Origin: Macrostomum lignano
Taxonomy: Eukaryota
Direction of reading: 5' to 3'
Length of the DNA stretch: 64,000 nt
NCBI GenBank assembly: GCA_002269645.1
Contig: NIVC01002294.1
Location: 122,099 to 186,098 of the forward strand
Numbering within the stretch: position 1 is the first letter of the stretch; each line of letters starts with the position of its first letter. The notes under the pieces are model-generated. The model worked only from the letters and a program-made list of their open reading frames with translations, was not told the origin of the DNA and made no database searches. Position numbers and translations under genes: made by a program. This document shows, piece after piece, positions 1 to 10,499 of the stretch.

Positions 1-90
1 TCAGGTTGTGATTTTTTTGTTAAAAATTAATTTGAAGCCAATATCTGCAAACCAAAGTGTGAATAAGATTCGAACCCGTGACCTACCCAG

Positions 91-390
91 GGCCTGACCC
101 CGCGACGCTGCATGGAGCGCGCCTTCACAGAGGCTGGCGTCTTCAATTTCACCAGCCGGGCCTTCCTGCAGCTCGGCGCCAACAAGGAGGCCCCAATGGA
201 CGAGAGCCGCATCAGCTCAGTGATTGTCAGCGACGCGCAGGACCACGCCGTCGTGCGGCTCAACGCCAGCTCCGGCTTCTTCCCGTCCGCCGTCACCATC
301 GTCAAGGGCGACAGCGTGCTGTGGGACTGGGGAGACGCGCCCGAGTTCGAGGAGCACAACATCGTCAATGTGAACCCGCCGAACAGCGCT
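91..390 (+). CDS. L e4: cupredoxin-like repeats 4-5
   Basis: cag|GLTPRRCMERAF...GFFPSAVTIVKGDSVLWDW...HNIVNVNPPNSA|gtgag; phase 0-0. Confidence 0.88.
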
Positions 391-719
391 GTGAGCCGCC
401 TCTGCTTAACTTAACTATAAAACTACACAAGAAGCTACTAACAAACTACTGCCACTCAACAAACTACCCGATAAACTATTCAACAAGCTACCTAAAAACC
501 TGTGCAACTGGCTACCTACGCACTCGACAATCAAATTGCTACAATAACAACAACAGTAACAACAACAACAACAAATACAATCAGCCAATCAACGCCTTCA
601 CAACACTAAAAATGGCCTACAGTAACCTGAAATTCTACACAAACCCCGTAAAATGACCAAAAATCTTTACACTACACGTAGAGTCTGCAAAAAAACCAAA
701 ATATTTATGTACGAAACAA

Positions 720-1045
720 ACAACCGACAAAACAGCCTACACAGAAACCTACACGCAAGCTAAAAAATAACCTACACAACAACCTGCACAACAGCCTAAA
801 AACAATCTACACCACAACCTGCACAACAGCCTACACAACAACCTACACACAACCTACACCACAACCTACACAACAGCCTACACAACAACCGGCACAACAG
901 CCTAAAAAACAATCTACACCACAACCTGCACAACAACCTATACTACAGCCTACATAACAGCCTACAAAACAACCTACACACAACCTACACCACAACCTAC
1001 ACAACAACCTACACAACAACCTCACCACCACCTACACAACAGCTC
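720..1045. repeat. Degenerate CA-rich minisatellite (acctacacaac-like)
   Basis: Direct reading; mirror about 59800-60125. Confidence 0.75.
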
Positions 1046-1105
1046 GCTTACCAACCCACCGAAGCAGCCACAGCTCCAACACAGAAGTTGCCAACCCCAC
1101 TGCAG

Positions 1106-1415
1106 GCACCGCCAGCACGGCGAACGGCGACCAGTCGTTCAACAGCGGGCGGGCGAGTCGTCGCGGCAGCTTCCTGTACACCTTCACCCGGCCCGGCATG
1201 TTCTGCGTGGCTTCGGTGGGCGCGCCGGCCGCTGCGGCTCCGTGCTGGTGCTGCCGGAGCCCGATCGAACTCCTGCACCCAAGATCGTCTCCTTTCACGA
1301 GGGCGGCACCGTTGCCATGGGAACCGTGGTCCGGCTCGAGTGCCGCGACCCCAAGGCCGTCATCCTCTACACCATGGACGGCAGCCCGCCGCTGCTGCAC
1401 CGGCCCGGAGTAAAA
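1106..1415 (+). CDS. L e5: end of cupredoxin repeat and start of CHB_HEX_C-like domain (two 1-bp deletions vs R)
   Basis: R copy reads SFNSG...FLYTFTRPGMF...VILYTMDGSPP in one frame; L lacks single bases near 1112 and 1225. Confidence 0.8.
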
Positions 1416-1418
1416 GTG

Positions 1419-1518
1419 CGAGTTGGAGCTGAGTTGGGGCTGAGTTGGGGCTGAGTTAGGGCTGAGTTGGGGCTGAGTTGGGCTGAGTTGGGGCTGAGTT
1501 GGGGCTGATTTGGGGTTG
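1419..1518. repeat. 11-bp repeat gctgagttggg
   Basis: Direct reading; mirror about 59335-59425. Confidence 0.85.
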
Positions 1519-1544
1519 AATCGGGTGCGAAAGGGGCTGCAATG

Positions 1545-2322
1545 GCTGTGCTCATTCAGTCATTCAGCTGCTGTGCTCATTCAGTCATTCAGTGACTGTG
1601 CTCATTCAGTCATTCAGTGACTGTGCTCATTCAGTCATTCAATGGCTGTTCTCATTCATTAATTCAGCTGCTGTGCTCATTCAGTCATTCAGTGACTGTG
1701 CTCATTCAGTCATTCAATGGCTGTTCTCATTCATTAATTCAGCTGCTGTGCTCATTCAGTCATTCAGTGACTGTGCTCATTCAGTCATTCAGTGGCTGTG
1801 CTCATTCAGTCATTCAGTGGCTGTGCTCATTCAGTAATTTAGTGGCTGTGCTCATTCAGTCATTCAGTGACTGTGCTCATTCAGTCATTCAGTGGCTGTG
1901 CTCATTCAGTCATTCAGTGGCTGTGCTCATTCAGTGACTGTGCTCATTCAGTCATTCAGTGACTGTGCTCATTCAGTCATTCAGTGACTGTGCTCATTCA
2001 GTCATTCAGTGACTGTGCTCATTCAGTCATTCAGTGACTGTGCTCATTCAGTCATTCAGTGACTGTGCTCATTCAGTCATTCAGTGACTGTGCTCATTCA
2101 GTCATTCAGTGACTGTGCTCATTCAGTCATTCAGTGACTGTGCTCATTCAGTCATTCAGTGACTGTGCTCATTCAGTCATTCAGTGACTGTGCTCATTCA
2201 GTCATTCAGTGACTGTGCTCATTCAGTCATTCAGTGACTGTGCTCATTCAGTCATTCAGTGACTGTGCTCATTCAGTCATTCAGTGACTGTGCTCATTCA
2301 GTCATTCAGTGACTGTGCTCAT
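1545..2322. repeat. 25-bp VNTR gtgactgtgctcattcagtcattca
   Basis: About 31 copies. Confidence 0.95.
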
Positions 2323-2766
2323 TTTCAAGCGCAAATGCGAGCAGCCAGGCCCAGAATGCCTCAGTGAGACTCCCCGCCCGTTGCAGACGCTCAAAGGCGA
2401 GCGGCCAATCGCTGACGATGAGGAACCTTCGGCCACCGTGAGCGCTCCTGTCACTGGGGCACAGCATCCAGAGTGCTTCATCACTTTAATTCCTATCCAG
2501 TGCTTTATTTGTTTACCGTTTTGATCACAACAAAAATAGTGAATCAGAGATGCCACCAGCCTGTGGACTCCAAACTTTGTTTCTTAGAGAATGAAATGCC
2601 CTCTTACAACCGTTTCAAGTCTTTGATTTGCTTCCTCGTCACCATGGGCTTTGAATCGAAATTTTCCTCATTTTTGTGGCTTTTGAACTGTTTGCGATGT
2701 CGCTGTCGTCTATTTGGTGAAGCTGACCGCCTCATCAAGCCCCTTCGCCCCGCGCCCTCCCCGCAG

Positions 2767-2873
2767 GTGTACCAGACCTGGGAGCCGCTGAAGCTGCGCA
2801 GGCCGGGCATCGTCTTCATCCGCGCCATGGCGGTGGCGCCAAACCGCCAGCCATCTGAGATTTTCTCCTCCCG
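2767..2873 (+). CDS. L e6: CHB_HEX_C/Fn3-associated domain, second half
   Basis: cag|VYQTWEPLKLRRPGIVFIRAMAVAPNRQPSEIFSS R|gtgag; phase 0-2. Confidence 0.85.
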
Positions 2874-3470
2874 GTGAGTTCATTAGTGAGTTCATGAGTG
2901 AGTTCATGAGTGATTTCATGAGTTCATGAGTGAGTAAGTGAGTGAGTTCATGAGTGAGTAAGTGAGTGAGTTCATGAGTGAGTAAGTGAGTGAGTTCATG
3001 AGTGAGTAAGTGAGTGAGTTCATGAGTGAGTAAGTGAGTGAGTTCATGAGTGAGTAAGTGAGTGAGTTCATGAGTGAGTAAGTGAGTGAGTTCATGAGTG
3101 AGTAAGTGAGTGAGTTCATGAGTGAGTAAGTGAGTGAGTTCATGAGTGATTTCATGAGTTCATGAGTGAGTTCATGAGTGAGTTCATGAGTGAGTTCATG
3201 AGTGAGTTCATGAGTGAGTTCATGAGTGAGTTCATGAGTGAGTTCATGAGTGAGTGAGTAAGTGAGTGAGTGAGTGAGTGAGTGAGTGAGTGAGTGAGTG
3301 AGTAAGTGAGGGAGTGAGTGAGTGAGTGAGCGAGTGAGTGAGTGAGTGAGCGAGTGAGTGAGTGAGTGAGTGAGTGAGCGAGTGAGTGAGTGAGTGAGTG
3401 AGTGAGTGAGTGAGTGAGTGAGTGAGTGAGTGAGTGAGTGAGTGAGTGAGTGAGTGAGTGAGTGAGTGAG
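2874..3470. repeat. GTGAGT/GTAAGT-containing array grading into (gtga)n
   Basis: Begins at the e6 donor. Confidence 0.95.
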
Positions 3471-3500
3471 ATCACTCGATCACGCACTGCAATCCCTCAG

Positions 3501-3606
3501 CCGGTTCTGGGTCGTGGACTCCGGCGCTGGCGAGGACGCCGAGGAATCCGAGGCCGAGGAGGAGCCGGTGGCGGAGGCGGTGGGCCGGGTGGAGCCGGGC
3601 CCCATG
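3501..3606 (+). CDS. L e7: acidic linker
   Basis: cag|RFWVVDSGAGEDAEESEAEEE...PM|gtgag; phase 2-0. Confidence 0.8.
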
Positions 3607-3677
3607 GTGAGTTCAGCGCATTGCTAGCAAAAATGCTTGGCGCAGCAGCTCACCTGAGAACGCAACTCCCGTCACAG

Positions 3678-3959
3678 AGCGAGTCCTGGAAGTGGTTCAA
3701 CTGCGTGCCGGCCGTGAAGCTGCTGCACGTCGTGGACGGCACGGTGGAAATTTTCTGGCAGCCGCTGGCTGAGGGCCTGACGGAGATGCTGGCGGGGTAC
3801 CGCCTGCTGGTCAACGGCGTCTCCTACGGCGGCGTGCGGCTGCCCAGCAACAGCTGCCTGCAGGCGTCGGGGCTGGCGGCCGGCCGAGTGTACAGCATCT
3901 GGCTGGAGGCCCTGCCCAGGGACGGCGCCGCCTACCAGCCGCACAAGTCCAACAAGCTG
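3678..3959 (+). CDS. L e8: FN3 domain
   Basis: VEIFWQP...GYRLLVNG...GLAAGRVYSIWLEA...SNKL|gtggg. Confidence 0.88.
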
Positions 3960-3969
3960 GTGGGTTTCC

Positions 3970-4320
3970 TATGGGTTGCATTGGGTTGCATTGGGTTGCA
4001 TTGGGTTGCACTGGGTTGCACTGGGTTGCATTGAGTTGCATTGGGTTGCATTGGGTTGCATTGGGTTGCATTGGGTTGCATTGTGTTGCATTGGGTTGCA
4101 TTGGGTTGCATTGAGTTGCATTGGGTTGCACTGGGTTGCATTGTGTTGCATTGGGTTGCATTGGGTTGCATTGAGTTGAATTATGTTGCACTGGGTTGCA
4201 TTGGGTTGCATTGAGTTTTATTGGGTTGCATTGGGTTGCATTGGGTTGCATTGTGTTGCATTGGGTTGCATTGGGTTGCATTGGGTTGCACAGGGTTGCA
4301 CTGGGCTGCATTGGGTTGTA
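3970..4320. repeat. 10-bp VNTR ttgggttgca
   Basis: Direct reading. Confidence 0.95.
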
Positions 4321-4357
4321 CTTACGTTAATCACATTGATCTCCATCTCTTCCCCAG

Positions 4358-4627
4358 ACATTCGATTGTCCCCAGGCGACCTCCGTTAGCGGGCCGCTGG
4401 TGTCGCTGGAGCTCAGCAGCAAGCCCAGCACCATCACGCTGGTGTGGGGCGCCCTGGCAGCCACCGACTACTCGCTGCGGGGCTACAAGGTGACGCTGAA
4501 CGGGCGGCAGTGCGGCAAGCTGGTCACCCCGAGGCCGGCAGCAAGCGCTGCAAGGTGGTGATCGAGGGCTGCACGCTGAACTCCGATTATTCCATCATCG
4601 TGTCCGCCGTTCGGGTAGAGTCTACTG
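4358..4627 (+). CDS. L e9: FN3 domain (1-bp deletion near 4530 vs R)
   Basis: TITLVWG...GYKVTLNG...GCTLNSDYSIIVSAV; donor G|gtgag. Confidence 0.82.
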
Positions 4628-4651
4628 GTGAGTTCGAACTCGTTGGGCGCT

Positions 4652-5165
4652 GATTGAGCACTGATTGGGCATCAGGCATTGATTGAGCACTGATTGGGCA
4701 TCAGGCATTGATTGAGCACTGATTGGGCATCAGGCATTGATTGAGCACTGATTGGGCATCAGGCATTGATTGAGCACTGATTGGGCATCAGGCATTGATT
4801 GAGCACTGATTGGGCATCAGGCATTGATTGAGCACTGATTGGGCATCAGGCATTGATTGAGCACTGATTGGGCATCAGGCATTGATTGAGCACTGATTGG
4901 GCATCAGGCATTGATTGAGCACTGATTGGGCATCAGGCATTGATTGAGCACTGATTGGGCATCAGGCATTGATTGAGCACTGATTGGGCATCAGGCATTG
5001 ATTGAGCACTGATTGGGCATCAGGCATTGATTGAGCACTGATTGGGCATCAGGCATTGATTGAGCACAGATTGAGCACATATTGAGCACAGATTGAGCAC
5101 AGATTGAGCACATATTGAGCACAGATTGAGCACAGATTGAGCACAGGTCGAGCACAGATTGAGCA
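4652..5165. repeat. 29-bp VNTR gattgagcactgattgggcatcaggcatt, then 11-bp gattgagcaca
   Basis: Direct reading. Confidence 0.95.
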
Positions 5166-5199
5166 CTTACTAATTGGTCAACTTCCCCGCTGCTCTCAG

Positions 5200-5544
5200 G
5201 CGAGATGTCGGAGCTGCCCTCCAACAAGTTGGAGTTTCGCCTGCCGCTGGACGTTGACTCTGTGGTGCCTCCTGAAGGCTCCCGCCTGCTGCAGTCGGAA
5301 GAGCTCTCCGAGTTCGTCTTCGTGACGGACGGCGTCGGCTACCACCGGATGCCGGCGGAGCAGCTGGAGGCCATCCAGACGGCGGACAGGCGGGCAGCGG
5401 AGAAGGAGAAGGCGGCTAGGGAGGCTGGCGGTGGCTCCAGCGGCTCCGGCAGCTCCAGCAGCTCCAGCAGCAGCCGCAGGAGCTCCATAGTCGAGGAGAA
5501 GCCGGTTGCCAACGGGGACGAGACCGAGACCAAAGAGACTGCGG
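5200..5544 (+). CDS. L e10: FN3 end plus charged/Ser-rich linker
   Basis: cag|GEMSELPSNKLEFRLP...TA G|gtgag; phase 1-1. Confidence 0.82.
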
Positions 5545-5824
5545 GTGAGTCGTCGGCAGCCTTCGAGATTCTTCAGAGTGTTTGAAACCTCGGATTAACG
5601 AATCACGTGACTTGCTTCTTTGTTGTTCACAGATGAATAATTGAATAACATTTGAGTGCATAGATTTTCCTAGAGGCCTTTCTAAACTGGCTTTTGGTGG
5701 CTGGACATTTCCTGGGAGTCTTCAAAGAGTTCGAGAAGCTGTAGAAGAATATGAAGAAGGATAGAGAGTTCCTGAATCCCGAAGCTCCCAGAAAAATACG
5801 CTCGTAGACGTTTTAAACGAAGGA

Positions 5825-6100
5825 GTTCCAGAACCATGGACTATTAGCCTATGGCAGTTCCAGAACCATGGACTATTAGCCTGTGGCAGTTCCAGAACCA
5901 TGGACTATTAGCCTGTGGCAGTTCCAGAACCATGGACTATTAGCCTATGGCAGTTCCAGAACCATGGACTATTAGCCTATGGCAGTTCCAGAACCATGGA
6001 CTATTAGCCTATGGCAGTTCCAGAACCATGGACTATTAGCCTGTGGCAGTTCCAGAACCATGGACTGTTAGCCTGTGGCAGTTCCAGAGCCATGGACTAC
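5825..6100. repeat. 32-bp VNTR ccagaaccatggactattagcct(a/g)tggcagtt
   Basis: About 8 copies. Confidence 0.92.
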
Positions 6101-6280
6101 CTGAGGTCTGAGGGTTCCAGTCGCCAAAAATTGCCCAATGCCGCTACTAACCGCAGAATCCGCTGCTCCGCTAACAGCACAGACCCGCCCCAGCCAACTA
6201 GTGGCACAGATAACCTCACAGCAGGCCTCCCTATGCACTCTCTACCCGCCTGCGGGGTGGTGCACAATGCCGAATTGCAG

Positions 6281-6691
6281 AGAACCAGCAGCAGCCGCAG
6301 CAGATCGAGCTTGAGAAACAGCCGTCCGAGGTGTCCTTCAGCTCGGAGAGCGTCGATGAGCAACAGAAAGAGCAGCAAGCTGAAGAAGTGCCGCTGATGG
6401 AGGATGCGGAGTTCAACAGGCGGCAGCAACCGCGGCACGCCCGCGTCTCCAGCAGCAGCAGCAGCAGCAGCGACAGCTCAGCAGCCCGCTCGGTGACCCC
6501 TCCGCCTGCGCCATTGAAGGAATCAAAGATGGGCGCTCGAGAGCAGCAGAAGAGAGCCGCTGCTGCGCCGTCTCTGTCACCGTCGCCTCCTCCTGCGGCA
6601 GCCGCTGCGGTCCTGGTAAGCGAGCAGCAGCAGCAGCAGCAGCAGAAGCAGAAGCAGCAAAAAGTGAAGCATTCAGATAGCGGAGAATCTG
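6281..6691 (+). CDS. L e11: low-complexity S/Q/A-rich exon
   Basis: Only phase-1 acceptor after an in-frame TAA at 6211; donor G|gtaag; all L/R indels are in frame. Confidence 0.7.
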
Positions 6692-6892
6692 GTAAGAGCG
6701 CGAAGCCCCGTGGACCTCAGAGTTCTGTAGCACCACTAATTAGCTCTAACCATGCCTAACTAATACTTGGTTTGCTAATACTACCAACAGTACTACCCTA
6801 TTGTGAAACAAATTTGCTATTTGTAATTTTGTACTAGGCGTTCTACAAACATTTTAAATGATATAAAAGCGTACGGGGTATTCCATATGATT

Positions 6893-7532
6893 TAGCCCTT
6901 GGCCTTAGCCCTTGGCCTTAGCCCTTGGCCTTAGCCCTTGGCCTTAGCCCTTGGCCTTAGCCCTTGGCCTTAGCCCTTGGCCTTAGCCCTTGGCCTTAGC
7001 CCTTGGCCTTAGCCCTTGGCCTTAGCCCTTGGCCTTAGCCCTTGGCCTTAGCCCTTGGCCTTAGCCCTTGGCCTTAGCCCTTGGCCTTAGCCCTTGGCCT
7101 TAGCCCTTGGCCTTAGCCCTTGGCCTTAGCCCTTGGCCTTAGCCCTTGGCCTTAGCCCTTGGCCTTAGCCCTTGGCCTTAGCCCTTGGCCTTAGCCCTTG
7201 GCCTTAGCCCTTGGCCTTAGCCCTTGGCCTTAGCCCTTGGCCTTAGCCCTTGGCCTTAGCCCTTGGCCTTAGCCCTTGGCCTTAGCCCTTGGCCTTAGCC
7301 CTTGGCCTTAGCCCTTGGCCTTAGCCCTTGGCCTTAGCCCTTGGCCTTAGCCCTTGGCCTTAGCCCTTGGCCTTAGCCCTTGGCCTTAGCCCTTGGCCTT
7401 AGCCCTTGGCCTTAGCCCTTGGCCTTAGCCCTTGGCCTTAGCCCTTGGCCTTAGCCCTTGGCCTTAGCCCTTGGCCTTAGCCCTTGGCCTTAGCCCTTGG
7501 CCTTAGCCCTTGGCCTTAGCCCTTGGCCTCAG
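6893..7532. repeat. 13-bp VNTR cccttggccttag
   Basis: About 49 near-perfect copies; last copy ends cctcag. Confidence 0.97.
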
Positions 7533-7563
7533 TAATCACACATGAGCAGCCGCGCCCCGCCAG

Positions 7564-7728
7564 CTCGCCCAGCGGTGATTCAAATCGCGATGGACGACGA
7601 AGCTTCAGACGCGGGGGCGGCGCCGACGGTCCAGCCGACGGCGCGAAAGCCGCGCCCGCGCGGCGCCTCTCAGAAGCTGCCAATTTATCGTTCGACTGCC
7701 AAGAAATTCGGTGCCGCTCTGGTCACAG
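7564..7728 (+). CDS. L e12: putative disordered exon (boundaries and frame ambiguous)
   Basis: ccgccag|...AVIQIAMDDEASD...LVT G|gtagcc fits phase 1-1; alternative acceptor at 7532 in another frame. Confidence 0.45.
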
Positions 7729-7864
7729 GTAGCCGGTCACGTGACCCTGAGCGTGAAGTGTCGGACAGCTCACCTTTGCCTCCGACTGACTCAATTGCTT
7801 AGTCCCTGCTTCCAGGATCGCTTGAGACTCACCTTGTCACAGAAATGGCACTAAAGTATCGTTA

Positions 7865-7985
7865 AAGTGTCACTGAAATGTCGCTGAAGTGTCGCTGAAG
7901 TGTCACTGAAATGTCACTGAAATGTCACTGAAATGTCACTGAAATGTCACTGAAATGTCACTGAAGTGTCGCTGAAGTGTCACTC
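7865..7985. repeat. 11-bp repeat tgtc(a/g)ctgaa(a/g)
   Basis: Direct reading. Confidence 0.88.
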
Positions 7986-8349
7986 TCACTCTCAGGAGTG
8001 TCACTCGAAAGATGCATCTGACTTCCTCAATTCAGCGCTCCCATATGCAGTTTTTATTTAATATAAGCCGAGAAGTAATCGGTCATGAAATATGCATTCC
8101 GGCATTTAACAAACTCGAAAGATGTCGAACTTAAATTCCCGCCAAAACTGGACCCAAATTACGCAACTGTGAATCAGCACATTTCAACTGCCGTCAAACA
8201 CAAAATTTTTTAAAGTGAAAAGCAGCTGCTAGTTTTAATGTGCTTAAAACGTTGTTTTAACGGTGTTCCCATTTTGGCGCGAATTTGAATTTTCAGATGG
8301 GTTTCCAATAAAATCTTCTCACTGCACTTTGGCTCCCTGCCGCCTACAG

Positions 8350-8743
8350 ACTCGGTCGTGGAGGTGGCGGATGCGGAGCCCGCGAAAGAGCGGCTGGTCG
8401 CCAGCGGTGCCGCGGCAGCAGCGGCAGTGACGGCAGGGGCGGCAGCAGCCGCGCTGTCGGCAGAGGAGACGGCCAGCGCACTGCCGGTGCCGATCGTGCA
8501 GTTGCTGCCCGACCCGGAGCACCCGGACCGGGTTCGCGTCACCTGGGATTTCTCCCGGCCGCTGGAGCACCAGTTCCGGCACGAGGTCAGCACCGTCAGC
8601 GTGGCCGGACGAGCCTTCTCAGCCAAGGTGAACTCGGACATGAGCTTCGACTCGGAGGCTGACGGGGTGGTGCACACCTGGAACTGCACCGGCGGCGAGC
8701 GGGACTGCCTCTGCCGCGGCCTCGCCATCGGCTGCGACTACAG
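8350..8743 (+). CDS. L e13: Ala-rich linker plus FN3
   Basis: RVRVTWDF...RGLAIGCDY R|gtgag; phase 1-2. Confidence 0.82.
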
Positions 8744-8849
8744 GTGAGGGGGGACAGACAGGGATTTCTGTTGGGAGCACCTGGTCTGGAAATATTTTAG
8801 ATTCCGATATGGGGTGCCTTCTCGATTCTCAAAGACATTTGAATTTTAT

Positions 8850-9230
8850 CCTGTCTGTACATCCTGTCTGTACACCCTGCCTGTACTCCCTGTCTGTACA
8901 CCCTGTCTGTACACCCTGCCTGTACTCCCTGTCTGTACAAACCTGTCTGTACACTCTGTCTGTACAACCTGTCTGTATACCCTGTCTGTATACCCTGTCT
9001 GTACATCCTGTCTGTACATCCTGTCTGTACACCCTGCCTGTACGCCCTATCTGTACAAACCTGTCTGTACAACCTGTCTGTACACCCTGTCTATACACCC
9101 TGTCTGTACATCCTGTCTGTACATCCTGTCTGTACACCCTGCCTGTACGCCCTATCTGTACAAACCTGTCTGTACAACCTGTCTGTACAACCTGTCTGTA
9201 CACCCTGTCTGTACACCCTGTCTGTACCCG
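8850..9230. repeat. 13-bp VNTR ctgtctgtacacc
   Basis: Direct reading. Confidence 0.92.
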
Positions 9231-9266
9231 GGAACGCGCCGCCTCCCCGCCGCCTCCCCGCCGCAG

Positions 9267-9761
9267 GATCTCCGTGACGGCCAGCTTCTGTCAGCTGGAC
9301 AGCTCGGGCGTCGGCCAGGCGGAGCTGAGCACAAAGTCGGCGGTCTGCGACTTCACCACCGCCGGGCCGCCGGAGCCGCCGCGCCTAGTCGTTCAGAGCG
9401 TCGACGTCAACCAGGTGGCGGTGGCCTGGCGGCCCGGCCGCGCCTTTGGTGGCGAGGACCTCGTCGGCTACCGACTGCTGATTGAAGGCGAGCCGCAGGG
9501 CGGGCAGCTGCCGGCGCAGACGCAGCAGACGACCCTGGAGCCGCTGCAGCCGGGCCGGACGGTGGCCGTGGCGGTGGTGGCGGTGGCCGGCCGGTCCCAG
9601 CGCACCAGCCAGCCGTCCAACACCGTCCGGGTGAGCTGCCCCCGGCGCCCGGAGCCACCGCAGCTGTCGGAGCAGCCGACCAGCGCGGAGGGCGCCGTCA
9701 TCGTCGCCTGGCAGGGAGAAGCGGCCGCCGGTCCTCAGGAGGAGGACGTCAGCAAGTACCG
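9267..9761 (+). CDS. L e14: FN3 domains
   Basis: PPEPPRL...VAVAWRP...GYRLLIEG...SNTVRVSCP; phase 2-2. Confidence 0.9.
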
Positions 9762-9801
9762 GTGGGTGTCCGGGCCAGGGGCCACCGGAGATATTGGATG
9801 T

Positions 9802-9824
9802 GTTTGTCTGTCTGTCTGTCTGCC

Positions 9825-9867
<43 letters not shown>

Positions 9868-9900
9868 ATGTATGTACATGTATGTCTGTATGTCTGTCTG
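9802..9900. repeat. (tctg)n microsatellite
   Basis: Direct reading. Confidence 0.9.
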
Positions 9901-10051
9901 TCCGTCTTCAAATTAAATCAAGTCGGCCTTCAAATCAGCCATCAAATATTTCTTCAAGTGAAAATTTTCTCCAATCTGGGGAAATTCTTGGCGCTGAACT
10001 GTGAAGCTGTGTATTAAATTTCAAAGAATATTCCCTGACTGCCCCCCGCAG

Positions 10052-10187
10052 GGTGTTCGTGGACGAGAAGTGGCACGGCGAGCTGAAGGCCTCCCCCGGC
10101 CGGCGCACCTACACCTACTACCTGTCCGACCTGCAGGCTGGCGTCGTCTACGACGTGCAGGCCAAGGCCATCGCTGGTCACAAGAAT
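10052..10187 (+). CDS. L e15: FN3 part (probable GC donor)
   Basis: RVFVDEKW...LSDLQAGVVYDVQAKA; AAT|gcaagt. Confidence 0.75.
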
Positions 10188-10277
10188 GCAAGTCTTGGCA
10201 CTGTTTTAAGTATACTACTCATACTAAGTAGCATGCAGAACTTCTAATATTAATATGTTTGGCCCAACCCTATCAAG

Positions 10278-10454
10278 ATTGACGCCAACGCCGATCACGT
10301 GTTCTGTCTTTGCGAGAGCGAGCTCAGCGCCCCGCTCAGCGTGAGCTGCTCAGCCCCGCCCATCAGCCCAGCGTTGCGAGTCGAGTCCATGACAGAGGAG
10401 GGCCTGGAGGTCTCCTGGTCAGTGCCGCAGCAGTTTGGCGAGGCGCAGATATCG
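10278..10454 (+). CDS. L e16: FN3 part
   Basis: aag|IDANADHVFCLCESELSAP...LEVSWSVPQQFGEAQIS|gtgag. Confidence 0.8.
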
Positions 10455-10499
10455 GTGAGTACCGGGCCTCCGGAAAAAACTAAGGAGGATGGGGGAGAC

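Noticed and set aside
3970-4320. ttgggttgca as a telomere-like repeat
   Set aside because: 10-bp unit, intronic, not TTAGGG-type
8809-9230. Cys-rich VHPVCTPCLYTLS metallothionein-like peptide
   Set aside because: 13-bp VNTR translation within an intron
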